DNA from: a virus
DNA length: 64,000 bases
Reading direction: 5' to 3' (one strand)
Virus record (IMG/VR): IMGVR_UViG_3300031784_000013
Coordinates: 32,001-96,000 of that record
Shown here: one piece after another, positions 9,269 to 18,460 of the stretch
Layout: each line of letters opens with the position of its first letter
Numbering within the stretch: the stretch's first letter is position 1
Position numbers and translations under genes: made by a program
Notes under the pieces: model-generated
What the model was told of the DNA's origin: nothing
The model's input: only the letters and a program-made list of their open reading frames with translations
Database searches by the model: none

Positions 9269-10243
9269 TTAGTTGTTACGTCTCCTACCGTATCTATTAG
9301 TTCTGTTAGGAAGCTCGTACATATTGAACTTATTCAATTGTTGTCTTATTCTACGCTGCTTAGTCCAGGAATCTTGCTTCTTAATCTCAATATCTGCCAT
9401 GATGAACGCTTCGTCAGAAAGTTGTTTGTAATATACAAGCTTTTGTTGAAGTTGATTGAATGTTTCATCATTGGTTTGATTGACAAGCATCTCAAACACT
9501 TTGTACTTGATGAAGTGTTCTAGATATTCTCTAATACGATAATTGTCAGGAATAAGCTGGTTTCCAAGACTGTCGTAATCTTGAGCATAGAAAATGAGAT
9601 GGACAATACCATTTCTGAAATTCGTAACGAATTTGTTGTCTCTAATATCGAATGAGTCATAAGTAGATGATCCTGGTGTAAAGTTGTTCAATGGTGCAAC
9701 TCCTTGTCCGTACATCTCCCAGTTCTCTGTATAGTTAACATCACATTGCTTTCTTGCAGAGATGTTTCCTGGCTTCAAGAGATACATTTTTTGGTAGGAC
9801 ATTGCCACCTCATTATTTGTCTTATAGACAGTTTGCATAAACTCAGGCATACAAGATCCATCACATCCTACATTACCACAGCAAGGGCTTGGAATAGCGC
9901 AGTCTGTAGTAATTGGACTCACTTGTATAGTGGTTTGAGTTGCTGCTTGAGAATAGAATGAATTAGCTGTCTGATATGGAAAACCATTTACAGCAGTACA
10001 CATCCACGCCTCTCTAACAGCGTAAAAGTTATCTGGTAGTCTTGCTTCAAAGTTATCAACAACAAGAGCTGTCTCAGCTATTACGTATGTAGCTCTTCCC
10101 AGCTTTCTAAGACACTTGTCTAGATAGGTGGGGAATAACAAATCATCTATAGCACCTGTGTCAAAATAGCTCTTAAGCTCTTCCTTAACAGTGGAGTAGA
10201 TTGGATCTGGACTTACGAAGTTAAATTTATAGTAATAGCTCAT
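9269..10243 (-). CDS. Tail tubular/ring protein (P22 gp4-like)
   Basis: 324 aa with FVTNFRNGIVHLIFY...LIPDN..IREYLEHFIKYK. Lies between the IHF-like and muzzle genes, the conserved crAss-like order. Confidence 0.65.
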   Translation of the reverse strand: MSYYYKFNFVSPDPIYSTVKEELKSYFDTGAIDDLLFPTYLDKCLRKLGRATYVIAETALVVDNFEARLPDNFYAVREAWMCTAVNGFPYQTANSFYSQAATQTTIQVSPITTDCAIPSPCCGNVGCDGSCMPEFMQTVYKTNNEVAMSYQKMYLLKPGNISARKQCDVNYTENWEMYGQGVAPLNNFTPGSSTYDSFDIRDNKFVTNFRNGIVHLIFYAQDYDSLGNQLIPDNYRIREYLEHFIKYKVFEMLVNQTNDETFNQLQQKLVYYKQLSDEAFIMADIEIKKQDSWTKQRRIRQQLNKFNMYELPNRTNRYGRRRNN

Positions 10244-10245
10244 CT

Positions 10246-10725
10246 TTAATTAAGATTCCATGTTGCGTAAATATGTTGATACTTCTCATCAGACTTAATG
10301 TACTTGGTAATCAATCTGGAGTTATCCCTTGTAGGTTTAAACTTCCAGAAAGCAGAAAACTTAAATCTGCATGATCTTCTAAACCACTTCCATCCAAAGA
10401 AATATCCTTCTGTATGGTAGTTAAAGTTGTAGATGTATTTTCCTTTCTCTCTAGTTTTTTTCCAGTCAATTGGTAGGTTGATATACTCTTTACCATCAAC
10501 CACTGTAACTCTCACTCTTTTCTTTTTATTCACTGCAAACTCTCCTAAGCCATTTGGAAGTTTTATCTTCTCTCCTGTCTCAAGCATGTGTTCAGTGAAC
10601 ATTTTATTAAACCCATAGACAATCTTCTTCCAGTCTTCGAAGGAGATGTCTATTTCAGGTTTCTCACTCTTGAAATTCTTGTAGTTTTCTTTTGAGGCAC
10701 TTCGCCAGTCTTTCGCTACTCTCAT
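10246..10725 (-). CDS. HU/IHF-like DNA-binding protein (crAss-like structural module)
   Basis: MLETGEKIKLPNGLGEFAVNKKK is an HU-like motif; IDWKKT..GKYIYNFNYHTEGY tail; conserved position. Confidence 0.65.
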   Translation of the reverse strand: MRVAKDWRSASKENYKNFKSEKPEIDISFEDWKKIVYGFNKMFTEHMLETGEKIKLPNGLGEFAVNKKKRVRVTVVDGKEYINLPIDWKKTREKGKYIYNFNYHTEGYFFGWKWFRRSCRFKFSAFWKFKPTRDNSRLITKYIKSDEKYQHIYATWNLN

Positions 10726-11450
10726 CTAAACTGTGGTGAGTTTGGTGATTGACCATCTATTCCATCATCAGTCATATCAGTCTTTAGATTGAAATAGCTT
10801 TGAAGTAGTTTCTGTGATGTTAAATCAAGCACTTGTTTCTCTAGATATCCTGGAAGAGCAAACTCATTGTCAAGAGGATTCTTGCAAAGTTGATCAGTGG
10901 TGTAGCTTGGAGTTCCGCATCCGCACTCTGGGTACATGATGTCATTAGGGACATCTTCCTCAAACAGAGCTACAAACCTAACAGCCTGTAGTGCTGGATT
11001 GCTGACATAAAGATAACCATTTGAAATCCAGAAATACTCTTCTTTTCTGATAACAGGAAGTTTTAATAGATTGAGGTAACGATTGACAGTTATCTCCTTC
11101 ATCTTCTTACCCTGTCCAGACATTGCATTTATTGAATAAACACCTTGAATGACATATTGATAATTTCCTTCAGATATTCTAGGAAGTTGATACGTTGATC
11201 TAGCAACAGAACAAGGATCTGCATAATTGCAGCATTCTGAGATGGGAACCTCACACATTTCCAGACATGGAATAGTGGTAAAAAGTGTATCTGTCGCCCA
11301 GAGTTTTCTTAGATTGGTTTCTCTTTTTATCAACAATAGTGCATTATTCCGCACTTCAGAGGCAATTGCTCTATCTGTAATGAGACTATCTGTTGATATG
11401 ATCTTGTGCGTTGCACGCACGTCAGATACTAATTTTCTTAATGTTGACAT
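10722..11450 (-). CDS. Conserved structural (tail ring) protein
   Basis: Probable start MSTLRKLVSDVR at 11450. YFWISNGYLY and EFALPGYL motifs; lies in the tail module. Confidence 0.55.
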   Translation of the reverse strand: MSTLRKLVSDVRATHKIISTDSLITDRAIASEVRNNALLLIKRETNLRKLWATDTLFTTIPCLEMCEVPISECCNYADPCSVARSTYQLPRISEGNYQYVIQGVYSINAMSGQGKKMKEITVNRYLNLLKLPVIRKEEYFWISNGYLYVSNPALQAVRFVALFEEDVPNDIMYPECGCGTPSYTTDQLCKNPLDNEFALPGYLEKQVLDLTSQKLLQSYFNLKTDMTDDGIDGQSPNSPQFR

Positions 11451-11610
11451 TTTGTGTTCCTGATTTCCAGAGTTATATGTACTCAAATTTAATCATTTTT
11501 CCAAATAAAAACTCCCAGACAATAAATGCCTGGGAGAAACCCTACAAAACCAATAAAGTAGAGTTTATTTGAATTTAGTTTATAGAAGTGTGATAAAAGC
11601 ATAATTTAAT

Positions 11611-13788
11611 CTATATGCCTCCATCTGTTACAGTCCAGTTGTTTGGAGCTCCAGTTAATACGTTTCTACCAGCTTGACCTGCCAACGTGTATTTAGCTGT
11701 TCCAAAACTTATATTCAAATTAGGTTGTAGTGTAAGTAAACTCCACCCATTGTAAATAGCATCTAAGTTAGTAGCTGAAAACGTTAAATTGGTCTTACTT
11801 CCCATGAAATTAGAGAAATTTCCAACGTTACTCACGTTCCAATTTCCTATGTTCTGGTTAAATGCTGTAGCATTAAAGAACATATATTGCATATCTGTAA
11901 CATTACCTACATCCCAAATTCCAATATTTTGGTTAAATGCAAATGCACTTTGGAACATAAAGAACATACTAATCACATTACTTACATCCCATCCGCTTAT
12001 GTCTTGATTAAAAGATAAAGCTGATTTGAACATATTCCCCATCTGTGTCACATTGCTTACATTCCAACCACTTATATCTTGGTTAAAAACTAAAGCACCG
12101 TTAAACATGCCCCCCATATTTGTTACACTAATTACATTCCAGCCACCAATATTTTGGTTAAACACTACGGCATCATGAAACATGTTTGCCATATTTGTAA
12201 CACTGCTTACGGTCCAACTTCCAATGTTTTGATTAAATACTGAAGCACCATAAAACATAAGTGACATATCAGTTACTCCTGAAACATCCCAAGAAGTTAT
12301 ATTTCCATTAAATGCTGTATTTTGGTAAAACATACTTGACATGTTCGTAACGCTTGATACGTCCCAACTATTCAAACTTTGATTGAAACTATTTGCTGCA
12401 TTAAACATACCAGCCATGTTTGTAACATTGGAAACATTCCAAGAATTAATATTCTGATTAAATGCGGATGCCGCTGCAAACATATTATTCATATTTGTAA
12501 CACTACCAACATTCCAACCAGTTATGTTTCCATCAAAAGAAACGGCAGAATTAAACATAGCTTGCATGTTTGTTACACCGCTTACGTTCCAACTATTTAA
12601 GTTTTGGTTAAATGAGTTAGCAGTATTAAACATAGAAATCATATTAGTAACATTACTCACGTCCCAACCACCAATATTTTGATTAAACGCAATTGCAGTA
12701 CTGAACATAGATTGCATAGTTGTTACACTACTTACATCCCAACCACTTATATTTTGATTAAAGACATAAGCAGCATTAAACATAAAAGACATATTAGTAA
12801 CACTACTTACATCCCAATTACTTATGTCTCCATTAAAGGAAGTTGCAGATGTAAACATTTGCTGCATAGTTGTTACACTACTTACATCCCAGGTGTTTAG
12901 ATTTTGATTGAATGCAAGTGCAGTAAGAAACATAAGTCTCATGTTTGTAACATTACTAACATCCCAATTTCCTATGGGTTGGTTAAAAGCTATTGCAAGC
13001 CCAAACATTTGCTCCATGTTAGTAATAGTACTAGTATTCCATGAATTAACATTATTAATGGTAGTTAAACTAGTACAATCTGCAAACATTCTGGTTAAAA
13101 TAGTCATTGCTGACAAATTTGGGGTGTCTGTAACAGCTGATAGATCTAAATTAGCACATCCACTAAATATACCATTAGAGTAGTTACCTAAGTTTACATT
13201 ACCAAAAGATGTAATGCTTAATAACTTTTTGCGATCTCCTCCATTCTCAAAAGCAAACCCAGAACATGTTCCAGTAATAGTAATTGTATAATCTCCAGAA
13301 GAGACGTATGTGTGAGTAGTTTCAGCTTGATTCCAAACAGTGATAACATTATTGTTTCCATCTCCCCAATTTACAGTAAAGTTATAAACACCACCATTTT
13401 TTAATGGAAGCTTTACTTGGTCTGAGTTAGTTGATCCAACATAAGTATTTGTAGTTCTCCAAGTTGAAATAAAAGCAGTTGGCGATGCTGTAGTACTAGT
13501 AGTGGTAGTGGTGCTGCTGGTAGTACTAGTTGTAGTGGTGCTAGTCGTGCTAGTGCTAGTAGTAGTAGTTGTAGCACCTACCACTACATCAATGTAGTTT
13601 GTACATACTCCTGTACTAATTATTCTCACTGTTGTTGTACCAGCTGGAGCAATTACAGAATATCCTGCTAACAGGGTTGCTTTACTTACTCCTGTATCAA
13701 ATGCAGATACAAATCCATCAACGTTTGAATAAAGGTTGAATGGTCCTGCGTCTACTCCAGCTGATGTTAGTGTTATGAATACGTACAT
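11611..13788 (-). CDS. Putative adhesin/receptor-binding protein: anchor domain + Thr linker + PKD-like domain + DUF285/BspA-like repeats
   Basis: FTVNWGDG...THTY..SGDYTITITG is PKD-like, followed by ~16-17 tandem 25-aa repeats W(D/N)VSxVTxMxxMFxxAxxFNQ. Confidence 0.85.
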   Translation of the reverse strand: MYVFITLTSAGVDAGPFNLYSNVDGFVSAFDTGVSKATLLAGYSVIAPAGTTTVRIISTGVCTNYIDVVVGATTTTTSTSTTSTTTTSTTSSTTTTTSTTASPTAFISTWRTTNTYVGSTNSDQVKLPLKNGGVYNFTVNWGDGNNNVITVWNQAETTHTYVSSGDYTITITGTCSGFAFENGGDRKKLLSITSFGNVNLGNYSNGIFSGCANLDLSAVTDTPNLSAMTILTRMFADCTSLTTINNVNSWNTSTITNMEQMFGLAIAFNQPIGNWDVSNVTNMRLMFLTALAFNQNLNTWDVSSVTTMQQMFTSATSFNGDISNWDVSSVTNMSFMFNAAYVFNQNISGWDVSSVTTMQSMFSTAIAFNQNIGGWDVSNVTNMISMFNTANSFNQNLNSWNVSGVTNMQAMFNSAVSFDGNITGWNVGSVTNMNNMFAAASAFNQNINSWNVSNVTNMAGMFNAANSFNQSLNSWDVSSVTNMSSMFYQNTAFNGNITSWDVSGVTDMSLMFYGASVFNQNIGSWTVSSVTNMANMFHDAVVFNQNIGGWNVISVTNMGGMFNGALVFNQDISGWNVSNVTQMGNMFKSALSFNQDISGWDVSNVISMFFMFQSAFAFNQNIGIWDVGNVTDMQYMFFNATAFNQNIGNWNVSNVGNFSNFMGSKTNLTFSATNLDAIYNGWSLLTLQPNLNISFGTAKYTLAGQAGRNVLTGAPNNWTVTDGGI
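11800..13060 (-). repeat. 75-nt (25-aa) tandem repeat array encoding DUF285-type solenoid
   Basis: Repeated WDVSNVTNM..MF..A..FNQNI units with 75-bp periodicity. Confidence 0.85.
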
Positions 13789-13810
13789 GCACTTTTAATT
13801 TATTGGTTTA

Positions 13811-14317
13811 TTAACAAGAAGTTGCTGCACTTAGCACTCCACCACTTGATACTGTCCACTTAGTACTTAAGTTGGTTATGTAAATATATCCACTGTAAGT
13901 AGATGTTAGTCCACTATTAGTGTACAATACAACGCCATTAGCTAATACAGGAGCAGATGTATACAATGGAGATAACAATACAGCTGATGTACATGGGCTA
14001 GCAAGATTTACCAATCCACCTAAATACCAAGCATAGTAAGGAGCTCCTGTGGTAGTAGATGTACTGGTACTACTTGTTGATGTACTAGTTGTTGATGGAG
14101 GAGGTGGCGTAGGAGTGATAATCTCTTTGATTGCCAAAATCTGTGCATCAATTATTTGAAGAATTGTTGTCAAGTCTTCACAACTCTGTATTCCTGTTCC
14201 TGGAAGATTAGGACCAACGTATTTAACTTGCGATGTTGATAGCAAATCATTTCCAGGATCACTACATCCACAAGGATCAAGTGATCCGCATCCTGAGCAT
14301 TTATTATTTTGTACCAT
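13811..14317 (-). CDS. Cys-rich virion accessory/fibre-associated protein with Pro/Thr/Ser linker
   Basis: Likely start MVQNNKCSGCG. The YVGPNLPGTGI..DLTTILQ segment resembles YTGYGIPALGISNGDTL in the adjacent fibre gene. PTPPPPSTTSTSTSSTSTSTTT linker. Confidence 0.6.
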   Translation of the reverse strand: MVQNNKCSGCGSLDPCGCSDPGNDLLSTSQVKYVGPNLPGTGIQSCEDLTTILQIIDAQILAIKEIITPTPPPPSTTSTSTSSTSTSTTTGAPYYAWYLGGLVNLASPCTSAVLLSPLYTSAPVLANGVVLYTNSGLTSTYSGYIYITNLSTKWTVSSGGVLSAATSC

Positions 14318-14321
14318 GATA

Positions 14322-15464
14322 TTATGGGATGTACATGATGTAATAAGCACCAATTGTAGGCTGGATGTTGATATGGCTCAATCCACCACCTGTTGCATTA
14401 ACAACTACACTAGTTGTAACATTCACTGTAGCATTATTAGTTGGTCCCCTGTCAGCACTTCCTGATATACTTTTTAATCTATATGAAAATCTATCACCAG
14501 AAAGACCAGATACATCATAATCTGTAACAAGAGGAGATGTAGATGTTAGATCCCCAATATTTGTAGAACCATCTTTAGCAATAAAGTGTGAGTGTGGGTC
14601 AGCAGTGGATGTAGCTGTTGCTGTGTGAGTGTGAGAAGGGATTTGATTAGCTGTAAGAGTGACATTGTTCAAACCTTGTACACTATTCAATGAGTAACTT
14701 GGGTTACCTGCTGTTGAAGGATTCACAATAGAACTCATTGGAATACTTCCAGCCATGCTTCCATCTGTAGTTCCTACAGCAACACGTCCTCTTTTATCTG
14801 GTGTTCCATTACTTCCGTTACACAAAAATACGTCAATGAATTGACCAGATCCTGCTCCTGTAACATCAAAGCCTGTAAGAGGTCCATAATATTCATACGC
14901 AACGTATGGTACCATGTTATTCTTGTACAAGTTGGATGGTGCAATGCTGTTCAAATAGGCTTGAATAAGCGCATTCAAATCAGCAAGCTTAACATAATTG
15001 GTGTCAACTTCAATCTCAAATGCTGCTAAGTCAGCTGCTGTTGAGCAGAGCTTGTTGATAGCTGCTTGAAGAATAGCATGTGTATCAGACGATGCTGTTA
15101 CACCTGTTAAACATCCAATTGTGTAATCAGCGTTAAGGGTGGCGAGCGTTGCATCGATTGCTGTAACATTGGTTTTTAAAGCGCAAATTGATTGCAACAA
15201 TGCTGAGATAACATCATTAAGTGTAATGTCACCAGACACTGGGAGAAACCCACTCACCAATGGGCACAGATCAGCTGGATCAATGACAGGAATAATGCCA
15301 TTACCAGTAGACAGATCTAAGATGAAATTTGCAATTTGTAATTCAACAAAAGCAAGTGTGTCCCCATTGGAAATACCAAGGGCAGGAATGCCGTATCCTG
15401 TATATCTTACGCACTGATCAGATATGATTTCAGTGCATCCGTTAAAGCAATTAGAACAGCTCAT
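14322..15464 (-). CDS. Tail fibre with C-terminal tail-collar/short-fibre domain
   Basis: FLCNGSNGTPDKRGRVAVG...VTLTANQIPSHTH...GGGLSHINIQP is the collar/HxH metal-binding fibre signature. Confidence 0.75.
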   Translation of the reverse strand: MSCSNCFNGCTEIISDQCVRYTGYGIPALGISNGDTLAFVELQIANFILDLSTGNGIIPVIDPADLCPLVSGFLPVSGDITLNDVISALLQSICALKTNVTAIDATLATLNADYTIGCLTGVTASSDTHAILQAAINKLCSTAADLAAFEIEVDTNYVKLADLNALIQAYLNSIAPSNLYKNNMVPYVAYEYYGPLTGFDVTGAGSGQFIDVFLCNGSNGTPDKRGRVAVGTTDGSMAGSIPMSSIVNPSTAGNPSYSLNSVQGLNNVTLTANQIPSHTHTATATSTADPHSHFIAKDGSTNIGDLTSTSPLVTDYDVSGLSGDRFSYRLKSISGSADRGPTNNATVNVTTSVVVNATGGGLSHINIQPTIGAYYIMYIP

Positions 15465-15731
15465 TTATTTATATTTTAGAAGTTTTACTTTACTAGCTAT
15501 TTGACATACGCTATATGGTTTAGCGTAATCTGGGTTACAATACTTATATGTCAAGATTCTTCTGTAATTAAGAAGATCTATCATAGTTGTATATGGGACA
15601 GGCATATTCAATGCAAACACAGTGTTGTTGTAAAGATTCTTTGCAACTTCTGTAATCTTACATTCGATATCCTGTAACAATGTTGGGATATCAACACACT
15701 CAGGGCAAGAAGTTAATCTAGGTTGTAACAT
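15465..15731 (-). CDS. Small structural-module protein
   Basis: Probable start MLQPRLTSCPEC at 15731; 88 aa, tightly packed with neighbours. Confidence 0.6.
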   Translation of the reverse strand: MLQPRLTSCPECVDIPTLLQDIECKITEVAKNLYNNTVFALNMPVPYTTMIDLLNYRRILTYKYCNPDYAKPYSVCQIASKVKLLKYK

Positions 15732-15733
15732 GT

Positions 15734-15865
15734 CTATTGATTTTGAGTGGTGGGTGGTTGTACTGTGAGTTCTTCTTTCTTCTTGTTTGCACAGAATGCG
15801 CACATCCCATTTTTGAGATTACATCCACATCCTACACTTGCCCCACAGCTTGAACACTTTGCCAT
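15734..15865 (-). CDS. 43-aa Cys-rich peptide (not in ORF track)
   Basis: Manual translation MAKCSSCGASVGCGCNLKNGMCAFCANKKKEELTVQPPTTQNQ*; exactly fills the gap between flanking genes. Confidence 0.65.
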   Translation of the reverse strand: MAKCSSCGASVGCGCNLKNGMCAFCANKKKEELTVQPPTTQNQ

Positions 15866-15866
15866 A

Positions 15867-16436
15867 TTAATAATAAGTTGTTACGGTTGCGTAATTATTT
15901 CCTGAACATCCACAGTTGTTTCGTAAGAAGTTGTTCAGCATTTTGTCAGCTTGAAGATACAATCTATTTGCTTCAACCGCAGCACAATTATTTGCTGCTG
16001 CTATAGCACCATTAATAAAGAATGATATAGTTGTTAGCTCCACCTTAGATTGCGTCTTAATTGCTCTATCACACTCCATCATGTCAAGTTTCATGAATGC
16101 CTCATCGAACTTCTCTTGAAGTCTTTCAGTACGCATTATAGTTCTCTCAACATAGTTTACGTTTGCTGGTGCTACTGAATACTTCAGATAGTAAATACCA
16201 TCAGGGAGAGGGTCATTTATTCCAACTGGCGTAATTCCTAAATTAGAAGATGAAAACACATTCACCTGATTAACAGTAAATGGAACGTTTACTATCCCAA
16301 AGTTTGGAACATTAACCTCCAAGTTTGGTGCAGAGACAGCTGGTGGAGTAGTTGGGTATGTAGATGCGTCAGCAACAGCCATTGTTAGCGTGTTGTATGT
16401 TGGAACTACAATAATGTCTAGTTGCAGAGTTGGCAT
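15867..16436 (-). CDS. Conserved structural protein (Ig-like N-terminus, helical C-terminus)
   Basis: 189 aa with LPDGIYYLKYSVAP motif; downstream of the capsid block. Confidence 0.55.
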   Translation of the reverse strand: MPTLQLDIIVVPTYNTLTMAVADASTYPTTPPAVSAPNLEVNVPNFGIVNVPFTVNQVNVFSSSNLGITPVGINDPLPDGIYYLKYSVAPANVNYVERTIMRTERLQEKFDEAFMKLDMMECDRAIKTQSKVELTTISFFINGAIAAANNCAAVEANRLYLQADKMLNNFLRNNCGCSGNNYATVTTYY

Positions 16437-16450
16437 GGGAGTTATAAAGA

Positions 16451-16495
16451 AAATGCCAGAGGATTTTGAGAACTAATCCTCTCACCCTCTGGCAT
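16451..16495 (-). terminator. Stem-loop terminator after auxiliary capsid gene
   Basis: ATGCCAGAGG...CCTCTGGCAT inverted repeat, followed by a T-rich run on the minus strand. Confidence 0.55.
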
Positions 16496-16524
16496 AGGTT
16501 GTAGAAATTTTAACTTACCTACTA

Positions 16525-17703
16525 TTAAGGAATCAAAGTGCTAGTAGTGGTAGTAGTTGTTGGAGGTGTAGAAGTTGTAGTGGTAGTAGTAGTGATACAA
16601 ACATTGTTGTCAACTACAGTACCAAGAGCAGCTTCAAGAACAGCTTCAACAGCAGTAGAAATACCAGCGTTACCTGGAGTGGCAGCGTTAGGAACAGCAA
16701 CAATCACCATGCTATCCTCATAGATATAATCACCCCACTGATAAGCAGAACGGTCGTACTGATTGAACTTGATGTAATAGGTATCATAGATGGTACCAGT
16801 GGTTACATAAGTTTCAAAGTTCTCGTTGTAACCATTCATTCTGTACAAGTGCTTCAAGTAACCTGCCTGATAGCTGTAGAAGTTTTTCTCAAGTTGAGCA
16901 ATTTCTTCAGCAGTACCAGTTGGGTAAGAAGCTCTCTGTACAACAACAGGATCAGCAACAATATCACAATTGTCAGCAACAATGAAGTCAGCAGTGGTAG
17001 CAGGACCTTGGTATACGAAAGTACGGAAGTACATTCTGTCATATTCCCAAGGGAATGCAGCAATATCGCAAGGCTGACCATACTTGGTAAGAGGCTTACC
17101 AGAGATTCGAAGGATAGTTCCACCTACGTTCTCGAAAGTATAGAAATCAGACAATGTGATGTTGTCAGGGTTGTTACCAGGAGCAGCAAGGTTCAACTGA
17201 TAGATGAACTGGTTGATCAACGCATTAGTGTTGACATCAGCGCAAGGATCAGCACCGCAATCGCAGCAAGGAGCTTGTACAGTTACAGAACGGGTGAAAC
17301 CGTTGAAGTACAAGGTGTCAAGATAACTAGAATGACCTCTTAGAGTAAGGGTCACAATTTCTCCACACTGTACGTTCCAATCAGTTACATCAGTGATTTG
17401 GACAGCAGGAGTACCGCAACCTGATACTTTGTACCATTCAGTTACGTTAGATGAGCAACCAGAGCCAGAAGGGCAACCCTTGATTTTATCAGAACGCTTA
17501 GAGCCTTGTAGGTAGGTGTTTTGTCTACCTTGAGCTACATAGAAGTATGGAGCAGCAGCAATGTTAGCAGCTGTAGCCACACTGTAATCGTTTCTGAAGA
17601 AACCAACTTGACCAGCGGTTAGATCCTGTGTAGAACCAGTGCTAGGGAGCGAAGTTTGCCCTACTGGAACTACAAAAAGGGTGGTTAACGAGAAATCAGC
17701 CAT
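16525..17703 (-). CDS. Abundant virion structural protein (auxiliary capsid-type) with C-terminal poly-Thr tail
   Basis: 392 aa in the conserved block after MCP; followed by a terminator; ends CITTTTTTTSTPPTTTTTTSTLIP. Confidence 0.6.
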   Translation of the reverse strand: MADFSLTTLFVVPVGQTSLPSTGSTQDLTAGQVGFFRNDYSVATAANIAAAPYFYVAQGRQNTYLQGSKRSDKIKGCPSGSGCSSNVTEWYKVSGCGTPAVQITDVTDWNVQCGEIVTLTLRGHSSYLDTLYFNGFTRSVTVQAPCCDCGADPCADVNTNALINQFIYQLNLAAPGNNPDNITLSDFYTFENVGGTILRISGKPLTKYGQPCDIAAFPWEYDRMYFRTFVYQGPATTADFIVADNCDIVADPVVVQRASYPTGTAEEIAQLEKNFYSYQAGYLKHLYRMNGYNENFETYVTTGTIYDTYYIKFNQYDRSAYQWGDYIYEDSMVIVAVPNAATPGNAGISTAVEAVLEAALGTVVDNNVCITTTTTTTSTPPTTTTTTSTLIP

Positions 17704-17728
17704 TTTTTTGTTTGTTTGTTAAGTTTAT

Positions 17729-18460
17729 TTATTCATTTGTCTGTATTCTGAACTGGGCACTTTGTACCGCAGAAGCATTCTCTGTATACATTGCAAGGTT
17801 CTGGACGGTTAAATCAACTAACTCATCTTCCAGATAAGCTTCAAGTTCACAGTTAACATCCGTAGATGGTTGGCCGTCAAACCTGATATAGCCTGTCTTA
17901 TCAATGTAGATTGGATATCTCATATAAGAGATGTATATATCATTAGGAGTGAACGTTCCGTCTGTGAATATACTAATTTCATCTGAGGAGAGGAAATTAA
18001 ATGTCTCTTGATATTCGAAAGATGGCTTATAGTGAACGTTGTTCAATAAGAACTGCAAATCACCATGTTTTGCCAAGTCTTTGTTTATCCAAATTTGTCG
18101 ATCCTTGCACACTCCCTTGTCAGCTAGAATATAACTGTCAATGTAGAACATGTACTTTGGATCAAGCGTATCAATATCAGCTGTCCACTGATTTAATGTT
18201 TGGTTCTTTAGATGTAATGGTAACTTACCACGATTGTAATTAATTACAAGTCTTTGCAAGTCTTCATAACGCTTTTTGAAAGCGTCCATTCCCATTCCAT
18301 TGACAACACTAAATCCATCAACCTTCTGTTTGATAAGCTTTATCTGAGCCTCATTCAAGGCTAAGATTTTATCTTCGAGTTGAATCTGCTGATGCTCATT
18401 AGTCGATAGTTTATTTAGTTTTTGATCAATTTTATATAATAAACTATCTACAGGTATCAT
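17729..18460 (-). CDS. Conserved crAss-like structural protein (ring/portal-associated)
   Basis: LNEAQIKLIKQK..GMDAFKKRYEDLQRL and CELEAYLEDELVDLTV motifs; second gene after MCP. Confidence 0.6.
   Translation of the reverse strand: MIPVDSLLYKIDQKLNKLSTNEHQQIQLEDKILALNEAQIKLIKQKVDGFSVVNGMGMDAFKKRYEDLQRLVINYNRGKLPLHLKNQTLNQWTADIDTLDPKYMFYIDSYILADKGVCKDRQIWINKDLAKHGDLQFLLNNVHYKPSFEYQETFNFLSSDEISIFTDGTFTPNDIYISYMRYPIYIDKTGYIRFDGQPSTDVNCELEAYLEDELVDLTVQNLAMYTENASAVQSAQFRIQTNE

Noticed and set aside
11800-13060. Periodic 75-nt repeats as a CRISPR array or DGR template/variable repeat
   Set aside because: They are in-frame protein repeats with synonymous divergence; there are no identical repeats with unique spacers and no reverse transcriptase in the window.
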